A stretch of 64,000 nucleotides of DNA, taken from an uncultured Acidimicrobiales bacterium (GTDB lineage Bacteria; Actinomycetota; Acidimicrobiia; Acidimicrobiales; UBA10347). Positions within the stretch are counted from its first letter, which is position 1. Each line of letters begins with the position of its first letter. The position numbers and the translations under genes are program-made. The stretch is taken from positions 186,001-250,000 of the forward strand of contig CALSSD010000008.1 in the NCBI GenBank assembly GCA_943788915.1, read 5' to 3'. The notes below the pieces were generated by a model, which was not told the origin of the DNA, did not search any database, and was given only the letters and a program-made list of their open reading frames with translations. Shown here in pieces: positions 29,224 through 40,139 of the stretch.

Positions 29224-30229
29224 TCAGTGGCTGAAGGTTGGTGTGTTGCAGCGGGCAGTGTTGTTGGTGTGGGGACTGACGCCAGGATCTCGCGCACGAC
29301 TTCGGATGCTTCGACACCGCGCACCCACAGCTCAGGACGAAGCACGATCCGATGGGCCAACGCAGGAATGGCAATGGCTTTCACATCGTCGGGAGTCACG
29401 TAGTCGCGTCCATCGATCACTGCGGTCGCCCGACCGAGCTTCACCAACGCCTCAACGCCGCGCGGGCTCGCACCTGCGTGTACTTGGCCGCCGGAACGGG
29501 TGGCATGCACCAAGGCAACGCAGTAATCGATGATCGAGTCGGACACCGCGACATCTTCCATCGCTGCTTGCAGCCCCAACACCTGTGCCTCGTCGACTAC
29601 GGCATCGAGCGTGACATCGTCGGTTCGACGTGCAAGTCGCCGACGGATGATCTCAGCCGCGTCGGCATCGTCCGGATACCCGATCGAGGTTCGTAACAGG
29701 AACCGATCGATCTGGGCCTCGGGCAGCGGATAGGTGCCTTCGAACTCGATCGGATTCTGGGTCGCCAAAACGAGGAAAGGTCGGGGCAATGGGTGTGACA
29801 CACCGTCGACGGTGACTTGTCGTTCTTGCATTGCTTCGAGCAATGACGCCTGAGTTTTCGGCGGTGCCCGGTTGATCTCGTCGGCGATGATCACATTGTG
29901 GAAGACAGGTCCCTGCCGGAAGGTGAACTCGTGACTCTGCTGGTTGTACAGCAAGCTGCCAGTCACATCGGCTGGCATGAGGTCGGGCGTGAATTGCACC
30001 CGCCCAATGGTTAGGCCCGTCACTTGTGCAAGTGAACGAGCAATCAACGTCTTCCCCAGCCCAGGCAAATCTTCGAGCAACACATGGCCACCTGCCAGGA
30101 GGCCACTGAGCACAAGCTGGAGCTGCGGCCTTTGCCAACCACCATGGTCTCGATCGCGTCGAGGATTGTGGCGCAAGTCGTGGCGGCATCTTGCACTGTT
30201 GTTGTGGACGCCGAGTTGTTGGTGGTCAT
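29220..30229 (-). CDS. moxR: MoxR family AAA+ ATPase with a frameshift near 30131
   Basis: HVLLEDLPGLGKT, QFTPDLMPAD, DEINRAPPKTQ, ATQNPIE; N-terminus in ORF 30044-30229, rejoined by adding one A to ggcaaaggccg. Confidence 0.9.
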
Positions 30230-30753
30230 ACAGCCTCTTCTGTTCGAGCACCCGAAGGATGAGTGAGCCGCTCGATGAGATCGTCGAGTTCTTGGAGTGT
30301 TGGTGTTCGATGTCTGGTCGATAGGTCGATCATCCAGCCAAGATCACCGAGCAACTGCCGAGCCCGTTCTGGCTGGGTGTGCCGGTCAATGCCATGGGTC
30401 ACCGGCAGGAAGTGATCGGCCAATGCAACAATTCGCGGCTGGAGTTGCTGGGTAAAGGCACGGTCATTCTCACGTGCCCGAAGTAGCAAACCCTCAACGG
30501 CCCGCAACTCGCGAAGACGCGAGTCAGCAACAACCGGCTTGCGTCGACGCAAGATAAACAGCGGGTTGAAACGTGCCGGTACTAGTGGCACTCCCTCGAG
30601 CAGACGACGCACGCTGGCGGCCGCAAACCAGATGACGAGACAGGCGAGCCACAACCGAAGTGAGACCGCTCGCTGGTCACCGTTCAAGACGGCCATCAGA
30701 CCACCAACGGACACCGCCCAGAAGAGCACGTTCAGAACCGACCGACGACTCAT
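30226..30753 (-). CDS. Hypothetical membrane protein (MoxR operon)
   Basis: Two N-terminal TM segments, PERARQLLG motif, coupled to both neighbours. Confidence 0.65.
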   Translation of the reverse strand: MSRRSVLNVLFWAVSVGGLMAVLNGDQRAVSLRLWLACLVIWFAAASVRRLLEGVPLVPARFNPLFILRRRKPVVADSRLRELRAVEGLLLRARENDRAFTQQLQPRIVALADHFLPVTHGIDRHTQPERARQLLGDLGWMIDLSTRHRTPTLQELDDLIERLTHPSGARTEEAV

Positions 30754-31607
30754 GCACGGCTCGCCAAAGACGCCTGGGCTCGGCGGAGTGCATCGGCGGC
30801 ATCGTCCTGTTGAGTCTTCGAGATCGGACGGGCCGAGAATCGGGCGACCTCGTACAACCCGCCAAGTTGCGCCACTGGCGCAGTATCGATCTGTACATTT
30901 CGCAGTGCACGCCGCAGATGTTCGGTAGCGGTCTCGGCCTTGGCTCGTGAAAGACCATGCGATGCGAGCGTCGTCTCAAGCACCGCGTAGGAACGAAGGA
31001 CTGCGGTTCGGGGATCGATGCTTGCGCCGAGTTCGCTAGCCGCCTGATCGAGGGCTTGCGCCAAATCAACCTCGAACACCCGAGCTGTTTGGTCACCGTC
31101 ATCATCACCGTCGGCTGTTCGACGTCGCATCAGGAACCACACGCCACCGATCAACCCAGCGCCAACCACGAGTAGGAGGATGTCCGAGGCCTGGGCCACC
31201 GTTTCTGCCACAGGTTCTTCGGCCCGAGGTTCCAGCTCGGCCTCGACTACTTCGACTGATTCTTCAGCGGATTCCTCATTGCCGAGGCTGTCGAGCAGGT
31301 CGGGCCGCCACATAATCAATGCAACAACAATCGCTGCGAGCAGCCAGAACCCGAGGCCGCGTTTGTTCCTCTCCGGTTCGACCCACTCGCCCCCAAACGG
31401 CTTCAGCCAGATGAAGAATGCGATCGACAACAACACCGCTGTCGAGAACATGATGATCCAGACAACATCGAGGTTGTCGACGCCCAACAAGGAATCACCG
31501 GCGTCGGAACCAGCTCCGGCCACGACGACCACGATCCATAGAGCCACGGCAACAAACACGACGGTACGACGCCGGGTGGCAGGTCGCGGTGCGTCGATTG
31601 ATGCCAT
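30750..31607 (-). CDS. DUF4129 domain membrane protein
   Basis: DPRTAVLRSY...ETATEHL...LYEVARFS. Confidence 0.8.
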   Translation of the reverse strand: MASIDAPRPATRRRTVVFVAVALWIVVVVAGAGSDAGDSLLGVDNLDVVWIIMFSTAVLLSIAFFIWLKPFGGEWVEPERNKRGLGFWLLAAIVVALIMWRPDLLDSLGNEESAEESVEVVEAELEPRAEEPVAETVAQASDILLLVVGAGLIGGVWFLMRRRTADGDDDGDQTARVFEVDLAQALDQAASELGASIDPRTAVLRSYAVLETTLASHGLSRAKAETATEHLRRALRNVQIDTAPVAQLGGLYEVARFSARPISKTQQDDAADALRRAQASLASRA

Positions 31608-31706
31608 AGGACACGGTAGCTCGCAGGTCCGGGCCACGACGTCAGTTCGCGTGTGGTTCCGACGGCGCTCTATCGTTTCACCAGACCCCACACATCGAGG
31701 ATTCTC

Positions 31707-32927
31707 ATGGCCGACGCATTCATCATCGACGCAGTACGCACCCCCCGAGGCATTGGTAAGCAGGGCAAGGGCGCACTATCTCATCTTCACCCCCAGCACT
31801 TGGGTGCCACCGTTCTTAAGGCGCTGGTCGACCGCAACGGCTTCGAGACCTCCGAGGTCGATGACATCGTGTGGGGCACCAGCTCACAGGTAAGCGAACA
31901 GTCCGGCGACCTTGGCCGTATGGCTGCGCTCGACGCCGGCTACGACGTCAAGGCAAGTGGTGTCACGCTTGACCGGTTCTGTGGCTCGGGCATTACGGCA
32001 ACCACTCTGGCTGGCCACGGGATCATGGCAGGTATGGAAGACCTCTCGATCGGTGGTGGCACCGAGATGATGTCGCTGCCCAAGAAGGGTCTACTGCCCA
32101 TGGGTGCAAACAATCTGCACCTTCGCGAGATCCACCCCCAGCCGCACCAGGGCGTTTGTGCCGACGCTATTGCCACACTCGAAGGCATCTCTCGTGAAGC
32201 GCTCGATGCCCACGCCGCTGAGTCCCAGGTCCGAGCTGCCCGCGCCATCGCCGAGGGCCGCTTCGACAAGAGCCTGATCACCGTCTACAACGAAGATGGC
32301 AGCGTGGCACTTGATCGTGAAGAGTTCCCTCGTCCCGGTACCACTGCCGAGTCACTCGCCGCACTCAAGCCGAGTTTCCCTGCCGTGGCCGACTACCGCC
32401 ACGAAGACAACCCCACGTTCCGCGAACTCATGGCCATGAAGTTCCCCGACCTCGAGATCGAACACGTGCACCATGCAGGAAATAGCTCCGGTGTAGTCGA
32501 CGGTGCCGCAGCAATCCTTATGGCGAGCGCCGACTATGCCAAGGCCCATGGCCTGAAGCCTCGGGCTCGCATCGTTGCCACCGCCAACATGGGCGACGAT
32601 CCAACACTCATGCTGAACGCACCGGTGCCCGCTGCCCGCAAGGTGCTCGAGCGGGCTGGCCTGACCATCGACGACATCGACATCTTCGAGATCAACGAGG
32701 CCTTCGCCGTCGTGTCCGAGAAGTTCCAGCGTGACTTGAACCTCGATCGTGACAAGGTCAATGTGAACGGTGGCGCCATGGCGCTCGGCCATCCCATCGG
32801 GGCGACCGGCGCCATTCTGATCGGCACCGCACTCGACGAACTCGAACGCACCGACGGACAGTTCGGGCTGATCACCATGTGCGCTGGCGGTGGCATGGCA
32901 CCCGCGATCATCATCGAACGCGTCTAG
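31707..32927 (+). CDS. Acetyl-CoA C-acyltransferase (thiolase)
   Basis: DRFCGSG, EINEAF, GHPIGATG, CAGGGM. Confidence 0.93.
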   Translation: MADAFIIDAVRTPRGIGKQGKGALSHLHPQHLGATVLKALVDRNGFETSEVDDIVWGTSSQVSEQSGDLGRMAALDAGYDVKASGVTLDRFCGSGITATTLAGHGIMAGMEDLSIGGGTEMMSLPKKGLLPMGANNLHLREIHPQPHQGVCADAIATLEGISREALDAHAAESQVRAARAIAEGRFDKSLITVYNEDGSVALDREEFPRPGTTAESLAALKPSFPAVADYRHEDNPTFRELMAMKFPDLEIEHVHHAGNSSGVVDGAAAILMASADYAKAHGLKPRARIVATANMGDDPTLMLNAPVPAARKVLERAGLTIDDIDIFEINEAFAVVSEKFQRDLNLDRDKVNVNGGAMALGHPIGATGAILIGTALDELERTDGQFGLITMCAGGGMAPAIIIERV

Positions 32928-32973
32928 AAGACTCCTGAAACCAATACAGGGGTGGCCTCGCCCCAGGTCGTTG

Positions 32974-33010
32974 GCTCTGATTCATCTCACACAAGATGAA
33001 TCAGAGCTTT
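32974..33010 (+). terminator. Intrinsic terminator-like hairpin
   Basis: gctctgattcatct-cacaca-agatgaatcagagc, perfect 14-bp stem plus TTT, between convergent genes. Confidence 0.75.
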
Positions 33011-33019
33011 CACCAGTGT

Positions 33020-34597
33020 TTACAGGCCGTAGCGCGTTGGAGTGGTGCGGATCCACTCGCCCACCATCTCACCGATCATGATCGTGCTGAGATTGATGTT
33101 GGCCCGTGGGACCGTCGGCATGATCGATGCGTCGGCCACAACCAACTGATCAACGGCATGGCATCGGCCGAACTGGTCCACCACCGCCATTGGGTCTTCG
33201 GCTGGCCCCATCTTGGCCGTGCCACACGGGTGGTATCCAGACGCCGAGACTCGACGCGCAACCTGCACGAGGTCGGCGCTGCTGCTGCGGGCCGGATCGG
33301 GAAAGTTCACCTGTTCGATGAAGTCACGCAGCGGTGCTCGCTTCGTTAACGCGAACGCATCTTCAAGCGCTCGTACATGTCGCGCGACATCGCGGTCGTT
33401 CTCACCAAAGTGGGCGTTGATGGAGGGCATCGAATCTGCAGCACGTGAGGTCTGGCGCACTTCACCACGGCCGTCGACCTGTTCCAGACTTGGCGCGAGC
33501 ATGAACATCGGGTCGCCGCGCCCACCCGTGCGGGTGATCAGTTCGATGTTGACATCGAGCGGCGAGTTGCTTCCCTCGCTGGTGTACCGACAGATCGTCT
33601 GCACCAGCGGCAACTCTGGAGCGCAGAACTCGGGAAATTTGGGGGTCATCACAATCGCCAGCGCAGGGTGATCGGACAGGTTCGCTCCCACCCCTGGTGC
33701 TACTGCCACCGGCTCCACCGCGAGCGATGCCAGTTCATCTGCATCGCCAATACCTGAACGCACCAGGACCCCGGGGGTATGAATCGCCCCAGAGGAGACC
33801 ACAACCAGCCGAGCAGATATCCGGGCACCGTCGGCGGTTTCCACGCCCACGGCTCGTCCACCTTCGACAAGGACCCGGTTCACCACCGTGTCCGCTTGGA
33901 CCGTGAGATTGTCCCGATACCGAGCGGAAGCGAGATACCCGACCGCAGTCGAGATCCGTAGGTGCCCAAGTTTATTCATAGCCATCGGCCCGACGCCCAC
34001 AGCATCGGGCGCATTCACATCGTCGCTTGCCGGGAAGCCGTGTTCGAGCGCGGCTTGGATGAACGCGGCTTGGGTCGGCACGAGTTCGTCCTCGGTCCAG
34101 CGGCGGATCGAGATGGGACCGGCGTCGCCATGATGCGGCTGATCCCCGTAGTCGAGATCGCGTTCAAGTCGGTTGAACGCTGGCAGGACCTGGTCCCATG
34201 CCCACGCAGGGTTACCGAGCTCAGCCCACCCGTCGTAGTCAGCGGGGATCCCTCGAAGCGCAATCGTCGTGTTCACCGCGGTCGAGCCACCGGTGACTCG
34301 ACCCCGGGGGAACCGATCGGTGCGTCCGGCGAGCGGGTTATACGACAGGCCCCAGTCGTGGTCGGTGTAGCTGTTGTCATGGCCGTTGTAAAGATCGTCG
34401 GGTAGATCCCCTGCCAGCGGATAGTCCGGGCCGGCATCCAGCAGCAACACGGAACGATGTGGATCCTCGCTAGCTCGAGCGGCAATGACCGCTCCGGCTG
34501 CTCCTGCACCAACTACGACAATGTCCCACGTCTGACCATCTGCGCTGCTCACCGAACCATTGTCGCCGCGTCGTCCGTTCTGTGCCAGAAAGCTCAT
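33020..34597 (-). CDS. GMC family oxidoreductase (choline dehydrogenase-like)
   Basis: VVGAGAAG, RGRVTGGSTAVN, GANLSDHP, YHPCGTAKMG, VADASIMP. Confidence 0.9.
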   Translation of the reverse strand: MSFLAQNGRRGDNGSVSSADGQTWDIVVVGAGAAGAVIAARASEDPHRSVLLLDAGPDYPLAGDLPDDLYNGHDNSYTDHDWGLSYNPLAGRTDRFPRGRVTGGSTAVNTTIALRGIPADYDGWAELGNPAWAWDQVLPAFNRLERDLDYGDQPHHGDAGPISIRRWTEDELVPTQAAFIQAALEHGFPASDDVNAPDAVGVGPMAMNKLGHLRISTAVGYLASARYRDNLTVQADTVVNRVLVEGGRAVGVETADGARISARLVVVSSGAIHTPGVLVRSGIGDADELASLAVEPVAVAPGVGANLSDHPALAIVMTPKFPEFCAPELPLVQTICRYTSEGSNSPLDVNIELITRTGGRGDPMFMLAPSLEQVDGRGEVRQTSRAADSMPSINAHFGENDRDVARHVRALEDAFALTKRAPLRDFIEQVNFPDPARSSSADLVQVARRVSASGYHPCGTAKMGPAEDPMAVVDQFGRCHAVDQLVVADASIMPTVPRANINLSTIMIGEMVGEWIRTTPTRYGL

Positions 34598-34622
34598 GAT
34601 CTCTGACCACTAGTGTTTGGCT

Positions 34623-36083
34623 ATGGCTGATCTCATCATTCGTAATGCGTCATTGCTCGACGGGACCGGTGCCGCTGCCGTCGAGGCCGACGTTGCCATC
34701 ACTGGACAACGCATCACTGCGGTGGGGTCGGTCGGCGAGTCCGCGAGCAACGAGATCGATGCGGCTGGTCGCACCCTTGCGCCCGGCTTCGTCGATGTGC
34801 ACACACACGACGATGGTGCGCTGCTTCGCCACCCTGGCATGGAGTTCAAACTCAGCCAGGGCTGCACCAGCCTGGTGATAGGCAACTGTGGCTTCAGCGC
34901 GGTGCCAGCAGTGGTTGGCGAGAACGAAAAAAGTGGACTGATCGGTGTGACTCCCACGTGGACCGAACTGGCTGGTTTCCGTGCCGCGGTTGCCGCAGCA
35001 AATCCCGCAGTGAATGCGATGGCGCTCGTTGGCCACAACACCACCCGGTCGCTTGTCATGGGGCTCGAACGCCGACCGCCCACCGATGACGAACTCGAGG
35101 CGATGCGCAACCATGTTCGCAGCGCGATGGCCGAAGGTGCGTGCGGCTTCTCGACCGGCTTGATCTATGAACCTGGCCGTTACTGCGAAACCGACGAAAT
35201 CGTAGACCTAGCCAAACAGTCAGCTGAGGCGGGCGGCATCTACGCCACTCACATGCGCAACGAGGGTGACCGTCTGCTCGATGCGGTCGACGAGGCAATC
35301 CATATCGGCATGACCGCCAACCTGCCGGTGCAGATCTCGCACCACAAATCAGCTGGTCGCCGAAACTGGGGCAAGATCGGCCTGTCGTTGGCCAAGGTCG
35401 ACGAAGCCAATGCTGGCGGCGCCGATGTAACGCTCGACGTGTATCCCTACACCGCTGGCAGCGGGCCGATGGCGCAGTACTTCAACTTGGAGAAGATCGA
35501 TCCTGAGCTAGCCGAGGTCATCCGGTTCGCGAGCTGCCCCGCGTTTCGCGAATACGAGGGCCGCATGGCGGTCGAGGTCGCGGCCGATCTCGGCCTTCCA
35601 GTCACCCAGTTGATCCATGACGTGATCAGCGCACCCGAGGGTGACCGCACGTTGTGCATCCAGTTCATCATCGACAACGCTGATATCGAAGAGAACCTGC
35701 GACATCCGCTGATGATGGTTGGCTCCGACGGCATCCCCGATCTCCGGGGCCAGCCGCACCCGCGCCTGTTCGGCACCTTCCCCAAAGTGCTTGGCCACTA
35801 CGTACGTGAGCAGGGTGTGCTCGCCCTGCCGGAGGCGATTCGCCGTATGACGAGCCTGTCCTGTGATCGCTTCGGCTTCGTGGATCGGGGGCGAATCGCC
35901 GAAGGCCAGTTCGCCGATCTTGTGTTGTTCGATCCGGACACAATCATCGATACCGCAACCTACGACGATCCCAAACAAGAAGCCACCGGTATCGACATGG
36001 TCATGGTCAATGGCCAGATCGCACTCCGCGATGGCACCCATACTGGTGTGGGCGGCGGCCGCCTGCTGTCGTCCGGCCGATAG
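34623..36083 (+). CDS. N-acyl-D-amino acid deacylase (D-aminoacylase) family
   Basis: PGFVDVHTHDD, GNCG, STGLIYEPG, HMRNE, SHHK, GSDG, PHPR.FGTF. Confidence 0.9.
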   Translation: MADLIIRNASLLDGTGAAAVEADVAITGQRITAVGSVGESASNEIDAAGRTLAPGFVDVHTHDDGALLRHPGMEFKLSQGCTSLVIGNCGFSAVPAVVGENEKSGLIGVTPTWTELAGFRAAVAAANPAVNAMALVGHNTTRSLVMGLERRPPTDDELEAMRNHVRSAMAEGACGFSTGLIYEPGRYCETDEIVDLAKQSAEAGGIYATHMRNEGDRLLDAVDEAIHIGMTANLPVQISHHKSAGRRNWGKIGLSLAKVDEANAGGADVTLDVYPYTAGSGPMAQYFNLEKIDPELAEVIRFASCPAFREYEGRMAVEVAADLGLPVTQLIHDVISAPEGDRTLCIQFIIDNADIEENLRHPLMMVGSDGIPDLRGQPHPRLFGTFPKVLGHYVREQGVLALPEAIRRMTSLSCDRFGFVDRGRIAEGQFADLVLFDPDTIIDTATYDDPKQEATGIDMVMVNGQIALRDGTHTGVGGGRLLSSGR

Positions 36084-36116
36084 CCACACGCCAAATTGCC
36101 GCTAACTCGCGGCCCG

Positions 36117-36147
36117 AAAAGTTACGTCCCCTGGGGACGTAACTTTT
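36117..36147. repeat. 31-bp perfect palindrome, REP-like family A copy 1
   Basis: aaaagttacgtcccc-t-ggggacgtaactttt. Confidence 0.85.
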
Positions 36148-36210
36148 GGTTGAAGCACGTCTGGGTCGCGGCAATTCAATCTGCGCTGCTGGTCGGCTAA
36201 ACAGGTGTGC

Positions 36211-37288
36211 ATGGGGATTCTTACAACCGACCTGTGCCGACACTTCGGCATCGAACATCCGATTTTTGGGTTCGCCCACGACATCGCCACCGTTGCGGCG
36301 ATCACGAACGCTGGCGGCCTGGGCGTCTACGGGGCAACCCGTCGGTTCCCCCACGAGATCGATGACGAATTGGCCGAGATCCGACGCCTGGTTGGCGACA
36401 AACCATTCGGTGTCGATCTGGTTCTGCCCGAAGGCATGCCTGAACACAACAGCCGCGATGCGATCGAAGCACACATCCCCGACGAACACCGCTCGTTTGT
36501 CAAGGGCATCGTCGACAAGTACGCGGTACCTGAGCCAAGCGGGCCTGGCATGCGCACCCGTTTCATCCGGTCAACGGAGATCGAGGAACAACAACTCGAA
36601 GCCGTAATGGCATCCAGCGTCGACCTCTTCGCCTGCGGTATTGGCGCTCCTCGACCTGCCGTCGACAAGGCCAAGGAGCTTGGCAAGACCACGGCCGCCT
36701 TGATTGGAAGCCCCCGCCATGTTCGTAAAGCGTTGGCGTCGGGTGTCGACATGATCGTCGCCCAAGGGGCCGAAGCTGGCGCTCATACCGGCACGATTGG
36801 CACGTTCACACTTGTACCCCAGATCGTCGATGCGTGCGCCGGCCTCCCCGTGCTGGCAGCAGGTGGCGTGGCCACCGGTCGTCATGTCGCCGCATCGCTT
36901 GCCCTTGGCGCTCAGGCCGTTTGGGCCGGCACGATCTGGCTGACCACAACCGAACACACCGCCCACATGGCGCCAGGACTCGTGGACAAGTTGCTGGCCG
37001 CGTCGTCTGCCGACACCATCATCACCCGCTAGCGAATCCGGCAAGACAATGCGTCAGATCCGCTCATCGTGGAGCGACGAATGGGACGCGGCCGATGCAC
37101 CCGCCCCGCTGAAGATGCCGTACCAAGATGTGCTCGTTGGTGATCTACTGGGAGCAATCGACGAGCACCAGGTCATGCCGTTGCTGCATTCCCCTGCTGG
37201 CCAGGGCATCGGCTACGCCACTGAAATCCGTCCCGTGGCCGAGGTCATGGCCAGCCTGATCGCCGAAGCCGAAGCCATCGTCCAGTAG
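36211..37288 (+). CDS. Nitronate monooxygenase / FabK-like flavoprotein with a frameshift near 37030
   Basis: AQGAEAGAHTG, AAGGVATG, GAQAVWAGT; C-terminus (SGKTMRQ...PAGQG) in the next frame. Confidence 0.82.
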
Positions 37289-37307
37289 TCACCCTCACCC
37301 ATCATCG

Positions 37308-37351
37308 CGTCACGCGGGGTCAGACCCCACGTCACGGCGGGTCAGACCCCA
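37308..37351. repeat. Tandem 22-bp units each carrying GGGTCAGACCCC
   Basis: cgtcacgcggggtcagacccca / cgtcacggcgggtcagacccca. Confidence 0.75.
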
Positions 37352-37421
37352 GACAACGCGATCCGGGACCTGGGGCATGTGCGACCATCCAGATTTCTGG
37401 AAGAGCCCGAGGCGAGCGGTA

Positions 37422-38996
37422 CTACTGCCAGCGAGCGCGGAGGTCGGCTTTGACGACCTTCCCTACCGGGTTTCGAGGAAGTGCGTCGATGGTCTCTAAG
37501 CGCTCGGGCAGCTTGTAGCTGGCGATTTTCTGCGCCCGCAGATGTTCGACGACAGCATCGAGGTCGGGCTCACTCTCTGCAGCAGCGACCACGAAGACGC
37601 CGACACGTTCGCCCAAGTCATCGTCGGGGTATGCAACGACCGCGCACTCGGCAACCGCGTCGTGTGATGACACCAGCGTTTCGATCTCGGCCGCCGACAC
37701 GTTCATACCACCACGAATGATGATGTCTTTCGCCCGGTCGACGAACTGGTACAGCGTGCGAGGTCCGTCGCTGTCGGCAATCTCGAAGATGTCGCCGGTG
37801 CGGTAGAAACCTGCGTCGTCGAACTCGGATCCGTCGGACTCCAGGTAACCGCTGAAGATGGTGGGACCAGCGAAACGAAGTTCGCCCTGCTGACCAGGTT
37901 GGGTGATCTCCTCGCCGGTCTCGAGATCCACGAGCCGGGCCTCGATACCGAGCCTGGATGGTGCTGGGAAGTACCTAGCCCGCTCGTTCGGATCAGGAAC
38001 GCTGGCCATGGTCGACAACATGGCGGCGCCTTCGTTCGAGCCGAAGACGTTCACAATCTCGATGCCGCGATCTTGCCAACCTTCGACCATCCACGGTGCG
38101 AGTGGTGCCGATCCTGAACTGATCTTGCGAATGTGGGACATGTCGATCGAATCGAGCATGGCCTCGTTGCCCAGCAACATGTTGAGCAACGGTGGTGGTG
38201 CGACCGTGTAGCTAATCGCCTCGGACCCGATCTGGCCCAGGAACACCGGCAGATCGATCGGGTGATGCAACAGCAGGGTGCTGCCGGTCTGTAACCACGG
38301 CACCAACATGCCTCCTATGCCCGCCATGTTCACGACAGGAAAGGGACACAAGATGCGTTCGTCGGCGGTGAGGTCAAGTTCGGTTACCTGCACATCCGAG
38401 CTTGCCAACCACATGTTGTGGGCCCGAGGCACACCTTTTGGTGTGCCCGTTGTGCCCGACGTCCAGCAGATCGTGGCGACGTCGCTTGCGTCCGCCACAT
38501 GCGGTTCGGGCACCAGAGCCGGACCTTCAGGAAGAGACAACGGCGTTGCTCCTTCGATCCTCGCAGGCCCAAACGTAAACATGGCAGCGTCGAACTCAGC
38601 CAGCACACCCATCGATATTTCCAGGATGTCGTCGCGGTCAGGTCGGCCAGCCGTGATCAGATGACGTGCCCCCGAGGTCGCGAGACCATGACGTAGTTCG
38701 TGTTCCCGATGTTGGATCGGGAACGGTGTTGCCACCGCACCAATACGGAAACACGCGAGCAGTGAGATCGGGAGCTCAACCGCGTTAGGCAATTGGATAG
38801 CAACCGCGTCTCCCGCTGCCACGCCCGCGGCCTGCAACGCAGACGCCACGCCGTTGACCGCATTGTCCACGTCACCCCAGCTCAACCGTTGCGGTTCGCC
38901 ACTAAAGAACGATGCCCTGTTGGGTGCGTCGATCAATGCTTCGGTGTCGGGGTGCGCAGCGACTGCCCGCTGCACGAATAGGTCCAGAGTGGTCAT
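37422..38996 (-). CDS. Class I adenylate-forming enzyme (acyl/aryl-CoA ligase)
   Basis: WTSGTTGTPKG, FGSNEG, YRTGD, DRAKDIIIRGG, PRNPVGK. Confidence 0.9.
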   Translation of the reverse strand: MTTLDLFVQRAVAAHPDTEALIDAPNRASFFSGEPQRLSWGDVDNAVNGVASALQAAGVAAGDAVAIQLPNAVELPISLLACFRIGAVATPFPIQHREHELRHGLATSGARHLITAGRPDRDDILEISMGVLAEFDAAMFTFGPARIEGATPLSLPEGPALVPEPHVADASDVATICWTSGTTGTPKGVPRAHNMWLASSDVQVTELDLTADERILCPFPVVNMAGIGGMLVPWLQTGSTLLLHHPIDLPVFLGQIGSEAISYTVAPPPLLNMLLGNEAMLDSIDMSHIRKISSGSAPLAPWMVEGWQDRGIEIVNVFGSNEGAAMLSTMASVPDPNERARYFPAPSRLGIEARLVDLETGEEITQPGQQGELRFAGPTIFSGYLESDGSEFDDAGFYRTGDIFEIADSDGPRTLYQFVDRAKDIIIRGGMNVSAAEIETLVSSHDAVAECAVVAYPDDDLGERVGVFVVAAAESEPDLDAVVEHLRAQKIASYKLPERLETIDALPRNPVGKVVKADLRARWQ

Positions 38997-39040
38997 AACT
39001 CAGTACCGTATTACGTGCCCCAAACCTCAGAACAGCTCCG

Positions 39041-39967
39041 ATGACTCTCACGATCGGTTTCGCCACGCCGACCAACCTCTGGAACGAGTCATTCGACGAG
39101 AAACAACGCATCCTTCAGCACATCGAAGATGCCGGGATCGACCAGGTGTATATGGCCGATCATGTGTCGTTTCGAGATGGGTCCGGCACTGATGGTTTCG
39201 TTGAAATTGCTGCCCTCTCACAGCTTCACCCATCGCTGAAAGTCATGATCAGCATCTATCTGTTGGCGTTGCGCCATCCGCTTCCCGTCGCTCGCCAACT
39301 CGCGACCATGTCCACGATCGCGCCCAACCGAGTCATCCTTGGTGTCGGCGTCGGAGGCGAGGACCGCCATGAGATCGAAGTATGCGGCGTCGACCCCCGC
39401 ACTCGCGGCCGACGCACGAATGAGTGCCTCGAAATCATCCAAGGGCTGATGACCGGCAACCCCATCGACTTCTCAGGCGAGTTCTTTGAGCTGGAACAAG
39501 CACGAATTAAGCCTGCGATTACCCCTGCTGTACCAATCATCGTCGGCGGGCGATCAAACGCAGCACTCACCCGAACAGCCCGGTATGGCGACGGTTGGGT
39601 CGGCACATGGTGCTCGGCACGGCGTTTTGCAGAAGCGATCGAAATCGTCGCCACCGAAGCCGACGCACTAGGCCGAGACTCGGTCGACTGGCAACATGGC
39701 TACCAGCCGTGGGTTGGTGTGGGAAATACCACAGATCAGGCCAAAGCCTCGGTGGCAGAGGCCATGGAATCGTTCTACAAGGTGCCGTTCGCTGCGTTCG
39801 AGAAGTACACGCCATACGGCACGCCCGCTCAGATCGCCGATGCCCTGCGCCCCTATGTCGAGGCTGGATGCTCCATGCTCAACCTCAAGGTTGTGACCGG
39901 CAACGACACAACCGCCGACGCAGCGGTCCAAGCAGCCGGAGAAATCGCCGAGCTGTTGCGAGCATGA
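39041..39967 (+). CDS. LLM class flavin/F420-dependent oxidoreductase
   Basis: ADHV, LRHPLPVARQ, LGVGVGG, PIIVGG, YGDGW. Confidence 0.85.
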   Translation: MTLTIGFATPTNLWNESFDEKQRILQHIEDAGIDQVYMADHVSFRDGSGTDGFVEIAALSQLHPSLKVMISIYLLALRHPLPVARQLATMSTIAPNRVILGVGVGGEDRHEIEVCGVDPRTRGRRTNECLEIIQGLMTGNPIDFSGEFFELEQARIKPAITPAVPIIVGGRSNAALTRTARYGDGWVGTWCSARRFAEAIEIVATEADALGRDSVDWQHGYQPWVGVGNTTDQAKASVAEAMESFYKVPFAAFEKYTPYGTPAQIADALRPYVEAGCSMLNLKVVTGNDTTADAAVQAAGEIAELLRA

Positions 39968-40139
39968 ACTTCGCCTAGGAACAGCTGACTACCTTCAGAC
40001 GGCCCAGTCACAACTACTCGTCATGACTAATGAGTGGCAGCCGATGTGTGGCGGTGCGGCACTCGCTCGGCCGTAGCTGAACGACAGGCGTCTGAGCCGC
40101 CGGTTCTTCTGGCTTCGCCATGTCACGTAGCGTTGAGCG

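Noticed and set aside
27434..31607. MoxR/DUF58/DUF4129 operon as a novel system
   Set aside because: A widespread arrangement with nothing unusual beyond a probable sequencing frameshift
37030..37032. TAG in the nitronate monooxygenase as possible pyrrolysine or readthrough
   Set aside because: The downstream half is in a different frame, so this is a one-base frameshift
40014..40121. 35-aa minus-strand ORF MAKPEEPAAQ...
   Set aside because: No motif or clear translation signal; cannot be supported
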